A stretch of 64,000 nt of DNA. Source: Bdellovibrionota bacterium (GTDB lineage Bacteria; Bdellovibrionota; UBA1018; CAIPTA01; JAALKR01). A program made the translations under genes and the position numbers. Below, piece after piece: positions 10,739 to 20,295 of this stretch. The stretch is from positions 1,696,001 to 1,760,000 of the forward strand of contig CBDBMJ010000001.1 in the NCBI GenBank assembly GCA_965207455.1. Direction: 5' to 3'. Each line of letters begins with the position of its first letter. Within the stretch, counting starts at the first letter, position 1. Below the pieces are notes generated by a model. That model was not told where the DNA came from and searched no databases. It saw only the letters and a program-made list of their open reading frames with translations.

Positions 10739-11323
10739 ATGAAAAAGATAAAACACTATGCACTGATACTTTTATGTACGTTTTCTGTGTCAACAATGGC
10801 CAATGAAGGTCCGCTAGCTGATGAGGGGCATGATAACTCTTACTTCCAGCAACTGAAGGAATCTTTCCATAATGCAGAAACCGCGCAGAAGAATGATGTT
10901 ACTGGTTGGATAAGTGGACGATGCTTTCATCAAGATACACCAAACCTTGCTAAAAACGCATTACTTGCTGGGTTTTTTGATGAAACCGGTGAGGTTGGTC
11001 CTGGATTAGATTCAAAGCATAGGTTTGCGATCATCGTAAATAAAAATAGAGGTCCAAATTATTTCGACAATATTATGGAAGAAAAGAGAAAGGTGATCAG
11101 AGAAGCAGAAAATTTTATAACAAGCGGTGCGACGCTGTCGATACAGAAAAATAGAAGCCTTATCACTCATCTTAACTCCAGCACTAAATATAGCGTAAGA
11201 AAAGGAACAATATCAGAATCAGATGCAGATGAATATCTTCTAGTAAAAGTTGTCAATCCAACTGATGATACAAACTTCCTCCACTACTGCTATTACTTCA
11301 AAAAAGTTAGGGAGGAGTATTAA
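10739..11323 (+). CDS. Secreted hypothetical protein (paralog 1)
   Basis: Signal-peptide-like N-terminus, AAGGAG RBS; GWISGRCF and YCYYFKK motifs shared with the next gene. Confidence 0.8.
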   Translation: MKKIKHYALILLCTFSVSTMANEGPLADEGHDNSYFQQLKESFHNAETAQKNDVTGWISGRCFHQDTPNLAKNALLAGFFDETGEVGPGLDSKHRFAIIVNKNRGPNYFDNIMEEKRKVIREAENFITSGATLSIQKNRSLITHLNSSTKYSVRKGTISESDADEYLLVKVVNPTDDTNFLHYCYYFKKVREEY

Positions 11324-11885
11324 AGCATACGTACTTATTGTTTTATGTACGCTTTCTGTATCAGCGCTAGCTGATGAGACAGGGACAAAGGATAGTTCTC
11401 ATTACGACCGCCTGAAAAAAGCTTTTGATAATGCGCAAACAGCACAGGAGAGTGATGTTCTTGGTTGGATAAGTGGACGATGCTTTTATAAGAGCACATC
11501 AGACTTTCCTGAAAATTCATTACTCGCTGGATTTAACGATTTGCTTGATCCTGAATTGAATTCCAAGCACAAATATGCGCTTATTCAGCGTCAAGGAAGG
11601 ACTTCAGGCTATTTCGACAATTTTATCGAAGAAAACACTCCAGCTATAATACAAAAGGTAGAGAGTATTATAACAAGGTCTGCGAAACCATCAGTGCAGG
11701 AAGGTGGAAGCCTTATAGCTCATGTTAGTCCTAATACTAAGTATAGCCTAAGAAAGGGCACGATAGGGTTAGGATCAGATGCGGAATATCTCTTACTAAG
11801 ACTCGGTGTTCCAGACGATATAGCAGATGCCCATCGCTACTGCTATTACTTTAAGAAAATTAGAGAAGAACACCCGTCTCAATAG
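11319..11885 (+). CDS. Secreted hypothetical protein (paralog 2); start uncertain, possibly ATT
   Basis: Aligns with paralog 1 from the signal peptide (IKAYVLIVLCTLSVSALADE vs IKHYALILLCTFSVSTMANE) to YCYYFKK. Confidence 0.75.
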   Translation: MKAYVLIVLCTLSVSALADETGTKDSSHYDRLKKAFDNAQTAQESDVLGWISGRCFYKSTSDFPENSLLAGFNDLLDPELNSKHKYALIQRQGRTSGYFDNFIEENTPAIIQKVESIITRSAKPSVQEGGSLIAHVSPNTKYSLRKGTIGLGSDAEYLLLRLGVPDDIADAHRYCYYFKKIREEHPSQ

Positions 11886-11956
11886 TCAAAATAAAATCCG
11901 CTATTTCGTAGATATTGCCATCTTGGAGGGGTATAGTGTAAACGGAGGTATTGATT

Positions 11957-12403
11957 ATGAAAGTTATTCTATTTTTTTTAATGATATGTCCCGTGGTGAG
12001 TTTTGCAAGCTTTACGGGAGAGTGGCAAGGGTCTGGGCATGTGGAATTTCTTCATGGCAATAGCTATGATTGCAATAAACTCAATCTACACATAGAGAAA
12101 AGGAAGCGCTCTTTTAAGATTAAGACATATCGTTATCTCTGCGACAATACAAACCTTTGGGGCAATAATTTTCAGTTCAGAATCAGCCGTGATGGGATTT
12201 TATATTACAAAGGGCACCCGGTTGGGGTAATTTCTGAGGAGCAAGTTAATTTCAGCCTTATGTTATTGCCGGGCACTACTGTGATGATGAAGATAAACAT
12301 GGAAGAAGATGGCTCTTTATCCGTCCTGCATATTGAATCCAATGGACACCAGAGGTTGGAACTTCGAGGAGTGTTAGAGGATCATTCGACAAATCATCTC
12401 TAG
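11957..12403 (+). CDS. Secreted hypothetical protein
   Basis: GGAGG RBS, signal peptide MKVILFFLMICPVVSFA, then FTGEWQGSG and a beta-rich domain. Confidence 0.7.
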   Translation: MKVILFFLMICPVVSFASFTGEWQGSGHVEFLHGNSYDCNKLNLHIEKRKRSFKIKTYRYLCDNTNLWGNNFQFRISRDGILYYKGHPVGVISEEQVNFSLMLLPGTTVMMKINMEEDGSLSVLHIESNGHQRLELRGVLEDHSTNHL

Positions 12404-12413
12404 GGGAAGAAAA

Positions 12414-13715
12414 ATCAGTATTCGTGCCAATCCAAATCCAGCTTCATTCTATACACACTTAAAAAAACGCGGCTTAATTCATAACGAAACCGCAGGTGTT
12501 TATGCTTATCTACAGGAATGTTACGACAAAAAAGAAGTGCCTTCTGCGTATATAGGATTAGACCCGTCGGCCAGCAGCTTACAGGTGGGGAACCTTATGG
12601 CACTTTTATTATTGAGGAGAGCACAACTGTGTGGTGTTCGACCGGTAATTCTTTTTGGTGGAGCCACGGGCCTCATTGGCGACCCTGCTGGGAAAAAGCA
12701 GGAGCGGGTTTTATTGGATAAGAATATAGTGCTGAAGAATTTGGAAAGCATGAAAAAACAAGTAGCCTTGTTAATAGATTGTGACAAGGGATCGTATAAA
12801 GCTAAGTTTGTAAACAACTACGACTGGTTCCATAATCTTGGTTATATTGATTTTTTACGTACCATTGGCAAGCATATCACTATCAATTATATGTTGGCTA
12901 AAGATAGTGTGAAACTTCGTATGGACACTGGAATTTCTTATGCAGAGTTCGGATATATGTTGATCCAGGGCTACGACTTTTTATACCTATATAAAGAAGA
13001 AAATTGTTTTTTGCAATTAGGAGGCAGCGATCAATGGGGGAATATGACCATAGGGATAGAGCTTATTCGTCGTCGATATCGTGCAGAAGCTCATGCTATT
13101 TCAGCTCCCTTGCTAACCGATGGAGCTGGTAATAAGTTAGGTAAAACAGAGGATGGCGCTATTTTCTTGGACCCGTCTCTCACCTCTCCGTATCAGTTCT
13201 ATCAATACTGGATACAGCAAGCAGATGCAGATGTATTGAAACTATTGCGATCCCTTACATTATTAGATGATACTTCTCTTGCAGAACTAGAAGCTTCTAA
13301 AAATCCGGAGGAGCGCTTGGCACAGAAAACATTAGCCCAAGAGTTAACCTCTATGGTGCATGGGAAAGATGCAGCTTTGAGTGCAAAATCTGCTGCAAAA
13401 GTTTTATTTTCTAAAAATCCAGACGCATTGAACTCTTTAGATGTGCGAGGATTGGAATTTTTAAGCAGAGAGGTTCCTTCTTCGGAATTTCACGCAAGAG
13501 AGAACGTGAGCCTATTGGATCTATTGGTGCGAACAGGATTAGCAAAAAGCAAGGGAGAGGCCAGGAGATCTATTCTTGGAAATGGAGTTTCCATTAATCG
13601 AATAAAAATTCAAGATGAAAAATATAGCATTACAAAAGAAGAGTTTAAAAAATATCCGTTTTTACTTCTAGGTGTGGGAAAAACAAAATTACATCTCGTG
13701 CTTATGAAGAAGTGA
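12414..13715 (+). CDS. tyrS: Tyrosine--tRNA ligase; start uncertain (12414 ATC, 12420 ATT or 12537 GTG)
   Basis: YIGLDPSASSLQVGN (HIGH variant), GGATGLIGDP, QGYDF, QLGGSDQWGN, KLGKT, C-terminal S4-like domain; the upstream in-frame segment encodes LKKRGLIHNET. Confidence 0.96.
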   Translation: MSIRANPNPASFYTHLKKRGLIHNETAGVYAYLQECYDKKEVPSAYIGLDPSASSLQVGNLMALLLLRRAQLCGVRPVILFGGATGLIGDPAGKKQERVLLDKNIVLKNLESMKKQVALLIDCDKGSYKAKFVNNYDWFHNLGYIDFLRTIGKHITINYMLAKDSVKLRMDTGISYAEFGYMLIQGYDFLYLYKEENCFLQLGGSDQWGNMTIGIELIRRRYRAEAHAISAPLLTDGAGNKLGKTEDGAIFLDPSLTSPYQFYQYWIQQADADVLKLLRSLTLLDDTSLAELEASKNPEERLAQKTLAQELTSMVHGKDAALSAKSAAKVLFSKNPDALNSLDVRGLEFLSREVPSSEFHARENVSLLDLLVRTGLAKSKGEARRSILGNGVSINRIKIQDEKYSITKEEFKKYPFLLLGVGKTKLHLVLMKK

Positions 13716-14265
13716 AATTCCAAATTTTTTCTTCGGTGATGCTGTGGGTGAGAGTTTTGTCGTGAGTTTCTTTGGGCAATATTTCTCTTGAAAACTGCCA
13801 AGAAAAAGCAAGCCCGGCAATAATGCCTGAGTATTCATTTAAATAGCGATCATAGTAGCCTTTGCCCTGTCCCAGGCGTGTGCCTCGACTGTCGAAAGCC
13901 AAGAGAGGTAGCAAGAAACCCTCCATTTCTGATTTTGCCATTAACGGACAAGATGCCTTGGGTTGCAGAAACCCCAAGGGGTGGGATTCCATCTCCTGTG
14001 TTATTCTATGAAAATCCATATTGTGAGATGAGGCGTTTATTCGAGGAAAACAAAATTCTATGCCATTTTTTTTGAGTTCGTTCATTACAGATAGCAAGCT
14101 TACTTCTTGAGACTGTGGCCAGTAGCCTCCCCAAAATCCTTTAGTCGCAGTGGAAAAAAATTGTTTTATTTGTAGGTCCAGTTTTTTCTGTCGCTGGGTT
14201 TGTTCTTTTCTCTCTATAGAATTACGAAGTAAACGAAATTTTTCTCTTAGGGAGGACTTGGACAC
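13702..14265 (-). CDS. ygfA: 5-formyltetrahydrofolate cyclo-ligase
   Basis: KSSLREKF, LPLLAFDSRGTRLGQGKGYYDRYL, ETHD; probable GTG start at 14265. Confidence 0.92.
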   Translation of the reverse strand: MSKSSLREKFRLLRNSIERKEQTQRQKKLDLQIKQFFSTATKGFWGGYWPQSQEVSLLSVMNELKKNGIEFCFPRINASSHNMDFHRITQEMESHPLGFLQPKASCPLMAKSEMEGFLLPLLAFDSRGTRLGQGKGYYDRYLNEYSGIIAGLAFSWQFSREILPKETHDKTLTHSITEEKIWNFTSS

Positions 14266-14266
14266 T

Positions 14267-14560
14267 TTACTCGGTTGAGGGAGCACTGAGCTCCAGATCA
14301 TGGAGTAAGGCCTTAGATTTATGTTGTATTGTTTCTTTGAATAGTTGGTTTTCTTTTTGCTTTGTAAGGATTTCATTGGCAAGGTTCATTGCCACCAGCA
14401 ACAGGGTTTGGTGGGAAAGTGGGGCGTTGCGGTTGGTGATTGTTTCTAGCCTCTCCTCCACTAATTTGGCCGCAGCCTCCACCTCTTCTTGTGATGCGGG
14501 CGTGCGGATAGGGATGGTGTGACCAGCTACGACTATTTCCATGCTATTTTTTGTTCTCAT
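14267..14560 (-). CDS. zapA: Cell division protein ZapA
   Basis: IVVAGHTIPIR...EAAAKLVEERL...LLLVAMNLANE coiled coil; adjacent to ygfA as is typical. Confidence 0.8.
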   Translation of the reverse strand: MRTKNSMEIVVAGHTIPIRTPASQEEVEAAAKLVEERLETITNRNAPLSHQTLLLVAMNLANEILTKQKENQLFKETIQHKSKALLHDLELSAPSTE

Positions 14561-14592
14561 AGTTTTAGGATAGGAGGCAGATAGGAGTATTG

Positions 14593-17019
14593 TCAAGGGG
14601 ATATGGTGCTATTTGCATCCCCTAAATTAACAAATAAAAGGTTATTTCCCATTTCGTTTGAGTTATCTCCAATATTTCGGGTGTTACTCAGCCCAAGTTG
14701 CCCATTATTATTATAGCCCCAGCATTTGATGCGTTTCCTTAGAATGGCACAAACTTGATAGCCACTGGCTGTTAGTGTATCTATGCTATACGGGATCCCG
14801 TTATCTTGATTATTTTCTGTGCCCAGGTCAATAAAATCAAGATTGTTGCCCATTTGGTTGGCTTGATCACCAATATTTTGAGTGTTACCAAGACCAAGCT
14901 GCCCATATTGATTTTGTCCCCAGCACTTAAGCTTTCTATTGATTAGGGGGCTAGTAATAGTCGAGCAAGTATGATTGGCTCCAGCGATAACCATATTTGC
15001 AATGTAGTAGTTACTGTCTTGTGAGCCTATGTCTATAAAAGAAAGGTTATTGCCCATTTCGTTAGCCTGATCACCAATATTTTGATTATCGCCCTGATTA
15101 TTGCCTATCCCCAGTTGTCCATAGTTATTTCTTCCCCAACACTTAATTCGAGAGCTTGTTTGTGAAACGCTTAAAAGAGCACAGGTGTGATAGAGACCAG
15201 CAGTAAGTGCAATTACGGTGTATGGGATACTATTTTGTGATCCTAAGTCGACAAAACTCAAGTTATCGCCCATTTCATCGGCTTGATCGCCAATGCTTTG
15301 ACTATCACCTTGATTACTGCCTATTCCAAGTTGTCCGTAGTTGTTTCTTCCCCAGCATTTAGCTTGCTTGTTTCCTGAATTATTTAGAATAGCACAAGTG
15401 TGGTAAACACCAGAGGCCATGGAATCTACTGTATAGTGTGTACTATTTTCCAGCCCCAAGTTTACGAAGTCGAGATTGTTACCCATTTCATTATCTTGGT
15501 CGCCAATACTTTGATTATCACCTTGATTGTCTTCGTTTCCAATTTGACCATATTGATTCTGTCCCCAGCATTTAACTCTCCTGTTATGAGATTCACTGCT
15601 CACAATAGCGCAAGCATGGTAAGCAGCAGTGGAGATTTGATTTACAGTGTAGTGAACACTATTTTCTATGCCCAGATCAATAAAGTGAAGGTTATCGCCC
15701 ATTTCATTGGCTTGGTCGCCAATACGTTGGTCGTCATTATTTGAGTTATTTTTTCCTAGTTGGCCATTACCATTATCTCCCCAACACTTAATTCTATTAT
15801 TACTGAGAAGAGCGCAATTATAATAAGCACCTGAAGAAATACTAATCGTGGCAAGGGGATCATTGCTCTCTGTTCCCAGATTAATAAAATTAAGGCTGTT
15901 ACCCATTTCACTAGACTGGTCGCCAAGGTTTTCAGTTATACCTACGCCAAGTTGTCCGTATTGGTTATCGCCCCAGCATTTTACCAAATCATTATTTATT
16001 TTTGCACAGGTATGGGACCAGCCACTGGAGATTTCAGATGGGTAAATAGTGTTTAAAATATATACTATTGCCAAGGAGGAGCAAGTAGATTCATTTTTAA
16101 CCCAATCTGTTTGTTTTGTGTAGTAAGCATACCTGCCATCGAGAGTAATTGCAGAAGAGAGAGAGAAGCTTATTGTTTCACTGGATATGCTAAAGGATTC
16201 TAATTCATTTGAGCAGGCACGATCTGAATAAATAGCAGCACTCCCACCTAAATCCAACATAGATAGAGTAAAAGCTGGGTTTCTTTCTTGAGAGGGAGAG
16301 GGCGTGTTTAGTTGAAGAGAAGGAGGAAGGGGTGGTGTGGTGTCCAAATCATATTCAAGTGCTGTTAGAGAGCATTGGGATATATTCCCAAATCTATCGA
16401 CTTGTTGAAAATGATAATAATGAAGAGCATCTTCAGTGATAGGGTTGGCCAACTGGAGGTTGATTTCCGTTGAATCCACCACTTGAGATTTCAACTCATT
16501 GGAGCAAGCGCTGTCCGAATAAATACTTACAGTTGACTTTCTTTCTAGGCCAGAGATTTGAAAAAAGGGGTTATTATTGTTAGATGGACTGAGGTTGGAG
16601 GGACTCAATTGAAAGACAGGTACTGAAGCGACTGTATCCAACGTGTAGGTAATATTTATGTATAGGCATGATGATGGATCTCGAGAGTTTATAATATAAA
16701 AATTATAACCACCATCTGAGAGTTCTTCCAAAACAAGTTCACCATTTCTTCGAGCAGTTCCTATTTTGGAACCGGTGCAATCATCTCTGGTGAAAAACTC
16801 TACGACTGAGCCGGGCCCTATATCTTCAATTCTAATTCTGGGGTATTCATTAGACGGAGAACTATTTACTAATGTATAAGTTGTATTGTAAATAATTTCA
16901 GGGCTGTCCTCTGTTAATATTATCCGCACTGCTTTTTTTATATTTCCACAGCCAAGAACTGAAATTGCTAATAGAATTATTGAAACTTTAAAGAATAGTT
17001 CCAATTTATAAAAATGCAT
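14593..17019 (-). CDS. Lipoprotein with 3 Ig-like repeats and a 7-repeat RCC1-like propeller
   Basis: Lipobox VLGC; three ~100 aa repeats (P-x-F...Y-S-D-x-x-C...Q-x-D...C); seven HTCA...KCWGxNxxGQLG repeats. Confidence 0.85.
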   Translation of the reverse strand: MHFYKLELFFKVSIILLAISVLGCGNIKKAVRIILTEDSPEIIYNTTYTLVNSSPSNEYPRIRIEDIGPGSVVEFFTRDDCTGSKIGTARRNGELVLEELSDGGYNFYIINSRDPSSCLYINITYTLDTVASVPVFQLSPSNLSPSNNNNPFFQISGLERKSTVSIYSDSACSNELKSQVVDSTEINLQLANPITEDALHYYHFQQVDRFGNISQCSLTALEYDLDTTPPLPPSLQLNTPSPSQERNPAFTLSMLDLGGSAAIYSDRACSNELESFSISSETISFSLSSAITLDGRYAYYTKQTDWVKNESTCSSLAIVYILNTIYPSEISSGWSHTCAKINNDLVKCWGDNQYGQLGVGITENLGDQSSEMGNSLNFINLGTESNDPLATISISSGAYYNCALLSNNRIKCWGDNGNGQLGKNNSNNDDQRIGDQANEMGDNLHFIDLGIENSVHYTVNQISTAAYHACAIVSSESHNRRVKCWGQNQYGQIGNEDNQGDNQSIGDQDNEMGNNLDFVNLGLENSTHYTVDSMASGVYHTCAILNNSGNKQAKCWGRNNYGQLGIGSNQGDSQSIGDQADEMGDNLSFVDLGSQNSIPYTVIALTAGLYHTCALLSVSQTSSRIKCWGRNNYGQLGIGNNQGDNQNIGDQANEMGNNLSFIDIGSQDSNYYIANMVIAGANHTCSTITSPLINRKLKCWGQNQYGQLGLGNTQNIGDQANQMGNNLDFIDLGTENNQDNGIPYSIDTLTASGYQVCAILRKRIKCWGYNNNGQLGLSNTRNIGDNSNEMGNNLLFVNLGDANSTISP

Positions 17020-17426
17020 TAACCAGAATCCTCCTTGATTGATGGTCTTACTGGTAACTTAATTAGGTGTTATGGATGCTAATATTAATTTTATCTCATT
17101 ATGACCCATAGTTACAGCAATTTATGAAAATTGATTGTAGAGTGTTTTTTATTTACAATAAATTAAATTTGTTTAAACGAATTAAAGTAAATGGAATTTA
17201 TTTTGGCCAAGGCACAGTAGATTTCGTAAACAAATCCTTTGCATAAAATTATGATAGATGGGGTAGCGGAGGGAGGGGCAAGAGTGTACAGCAAAATATA
17301 TGGGAGAACTTCCAGGCGTGATTCCTACGAAACAGCAACTGCGAGGAAGGAAACGCTTAATTTTTCATAATTTCTACAAGTTTTCTTCTATTTTTCCCTG
17401 TTTTTGGTATAAGATTAGGGAAGAAT

Positions 17427-17502
17427 TCAGGTGTAGCTCAGTTGGTAGAGCAGGTGACTGTTAATCACCGGGTCACAGGTTCGAGTCCTGTCACCTGAGC
17501 CA
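17427..17502 (+). tRNA. tRNA-Asn(GTT)
   Basis: Acceptor stem TCAGGTG/CACCTGA, D-arm, anticodon loop CTGTTAA, GGTTCGAGTCC T-arm, encoded CCA. Confidence 0.97.
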
Positions 17503-17505
17503 ATA
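17490..17505 (+). repeat. att site, tRNA-proximal copy
   Basis: GTCACCTGAGCCAATA overlapping the tRNA 3' end. Confidence 0.9.
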
Positions 17506-18025
17506 CGCAGCGTCATTTTTAACAAAATCAGATAATTCAAAAAAGATAGAAAAAACAGAATAAAAACAACAACTTTGGTTAGATAATGAAGAAAGTTCGT
17601 AGAAGGCAAATTCACACGAAATCAGGTAAAATCAGCCCAAATCAGGGGCGTTTTATGATTCTTGTGTGATTCTAATGTGTGATTATTTAAATAGCATACA
17701 TTAGCAAAAAGGTCAGTTGTATCTTTGCTTGTTAGAGTCTCCCATTTTTTTTTAAAACAAAACAATAAGGAGGTAATTATGTACAGACTACAAACTAATA
17801 ATCATAACCATACTGCTCGATCTCAGTATTGAGTAGCAGCTCGGCACTTGATGGTTGCCTTGAAACCAAGGATTGCCTTGTGAGGCTCAGAGAGTACCGC
17901 AGGCAACTTTTAAAGGTAGAATGGAAGCCCCATACATTATAAATGAGAAATTCGACCCAGAGTGGGCAAAATAGAACCTCTCAAGGCGTATTGATGACTT
18001 AACTTGAAATGCCCTTGCTTATCTC

Positions 18026-18304
18026 ATGCGTGGGAAAGGCAGGGGCATCTACAAGGGAAAGGGAAGTTTAGACTCTTGGCTGTCGCTATTTATCTTCACA
18101 GCAAAAATGGAGAAGGCTCACTTTTCTACACTACTTGAGGAGACTCTGCTCCTGTCTAGTCCATTTAAAAAACAAGCACTAACTGACTCGGAGCAAATTT
18201 TCCGCAAACTAAGTAAATTAGAAATAGTCAATGAAGATACAAAATGGCAAATTGCCATGACCCTAGAGGCTATCCTGAAAGAAATTGCAAGGATGGGTAC
18301 CTGA
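18026..18304 (+). CDS. Hypothetical protein, possibly a gene remnant
   Basis: 92 aa ORF preceded by stop-interrupted sequence starting at a strong AAGGAGG RBS near 17767. Confidence 0.3.
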   Translation: MRGKGRGIYKGKGSLDSWLSLFIFTAKMEKAHFSTLLEETLLLSSPFKKQALTDSEQIFRKLSKLEIVNEDTKWQIAMTLEAILKEIARMGT

Positions 18305-18464
18305 TTTTGCCCAAGATAGCTTAAGTATCCCAGTAGCAAGATACATTCCTCAAAATTCTCTTTTTGCTGAAACAGTTTAATTTCCTTGGTGGCTGTGTTA
18401 TTGTTTATTTCCTCAAGTAATACATTCTTTTATATACATATGTTTTTAATTAAGGGTTACTTTG

Positions 18465-19486
18465 ATGACAGATGAAAACAATAATCTTCGAAGAGCAATA
18501 TTTTTCGATACAAGCATATTTCATAAGTTAATAGGAAATATGCTTTTCTTAGAAAATTTCACCAAAGATTTCTCAGATAAATATGGGCGAGAAAATTTTT
18601 ATGCTGAGACCACGCCATTCATGCTACTTGAGTACCTTGGTGTAAAGATTCCAGAATTTGACGAAAGCGATGTAGTTAACTTAAATAAAATAAAATCCAT
18701 TGCAAAAAATCTTAACTCGTTAAAAAAGAAAAAAAATAAAAAATCATATAACGATGAAATAAAAAAACTGAAAGACTACATTCTTCAATCGGCAGAAAAA
18801 AATATTCAGAAGCAACCGCATTATCACCTGATAGTTTGATGCAAAAAAGAGAGAAATTAAAAGAAATGTCAGGTAAGAATATAGGTAAGAATTTTTTTAA
18901 TATGATGATTGACAATAAATTTGAATCGAAAATAAGCGATAACTATATTCAATTAAATCTTGCAATGGATTTTTACTCTCGATTCAACTACGAAGAATAT
19001 TTTAATGAAGAGATTACCGCTCGTATGCGAGTAGAAATGATAGGTGTTTTATTTTATAATTACCACTATATGAAAAATAATATCTCTCAATTTAGAGCTA
19101 TTCTATATCTTGCTCATGGAGTGGACCGTAAACGAAAAAGTCAAGGACTCCCTCTTTCTGAAGACAAAAATGAAAGGAGTATTTTCCGATCGCTTCAGGG
19201 CTTTAAAAAATATCGAGACCTTGTCGATTTGGATATAATTCAATTTGCGTGCCTTGGCGCATTTGATCAGTTCAATAAACTGTTGCCAGCAACTATAGTG
19301 GCATCAGTCTGCGAGGAAAAATCAATAAAAGAAAGAATAAGGTTATTTAAAAAAGCATTGAAAAGTATCAATAATTTAGATGGATTGACGTATGAAAAAA
19401 TAGAATTTTTAAATGGAGAGGTTATTTTTGTAAATTTTAGCAATGGCCATATAAAGAGGATAATAAATGTATCTGATGTCAACTAA
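18465..19486 (+). pseudogene. PIN-like protein split by a single frameshift at an A7 tract
   Basis: ORFs 18462-18839 and 18836-19486 join into ~340 aa if one A is added at 18796-18802; acidic motifs IFFDTS, PFMLLEY and DLVDLDII resemble PIN catalytic residues. Confidence 0.55.
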
Positions 19487-19536
19487 CACAAGCATTAGGC
19501 TCTTTGCTGATATTGAAAGTTTAAAGATTTAAAATA

Positions 19537-20295
19537 ATGAATAGCCTCTTCGATGAAAAAAATGAATTTCAAAATAATTACGCTTTATTTGTTGATTTGT
19601 TAGGCTTCTCAACAAAGCTGGCAGAAGTGGGAAAAGACCCAGAAAATTGGGGAAAATCCAGAGAAATAAAAGTTTTAATAGGAAAGCTCAGCTCTATTGG
19701 AGCTATTATATGTGAAAGGGAAAAAGGAATTTCTGGGTTCTATTTCAGCGATTCATTACTTTTAGTAGGTAATGAACCTAATGTTCTTTTTAAGTGTGGA
19801 AGACTAATTTTTCAAACAATTCATTATTTTAAATCTTTAAACTTTCAACTAGTACCAATAAGGGCTGCTATGACAAAGGGACCGTTAATCACTATCCCAG
19901 TTGAGTGTCAAACCGATAATTACCATCCAATGCCAATTACTGGCACAGGAATAGCAAAAGCTCATCATTTAGAAAAAATGGGCAGAAAGGGTATGACGTT
20001 TTATATTACTGAGTCAGTTAAATGTGACCTGAGAAATTCAGACCATATATGCGAAGAACCAGAAGGCTATATTACTATTCTACAACAGTTAGAAAATTTT
20101 TATGAAATAAACTGGCTCGATAAAGAATATTTGGATCAAACAATAGGGTTCCTATCTCTTTCAATAGCAGAGATATTGCCCTCTATTGCAAATAATTACA
20201 AAAAAAGTGAGAACCGTTATGAACAACAAATAGGAATCTCTATTAGTCAAAATATCTCTCGAGTTAATTCAGGAAAGTGCTCATCCTTAAGCTAA
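19537..20295 (+). CDS. Class III nucleotide cyclase-like protein
   Basis: ALFVDLLGFS and YFSDSLL (two metal-binding Asp candidates), IRAAMTKG, GTGIAKAHHLEK resembling the GxxVNxAxRLE segment. Confidence 0.6.
   Translation: MNSLFDEKNEFQNNYALFVDLLGFSTKLAEVGKDPENWGKSREIKVLIGKLSSIGAIICEREKGISGFYFSDSLLLVGNEPNVLFKCGRLIFQTIHYFKSLNFQLVPIRAAMTKGPLITIPVECQTDNYHPMPITGTGIAKAHHLEKMGRKGMTFYITESVKCDLRNSDHICEEPEGYITILQQLENFYEINWLDKEYLDQTIGFLSLSIAEILPSIANNYKKSENRYEQQIGISISQNISRVNSGKCSSLS

Noticed and set aside
17551..17615. Track ORF 17427-17615 on the minus strand
   Set aside because: It is antisense to tRNA-Asn and crosses the att junction; not a credible gene.
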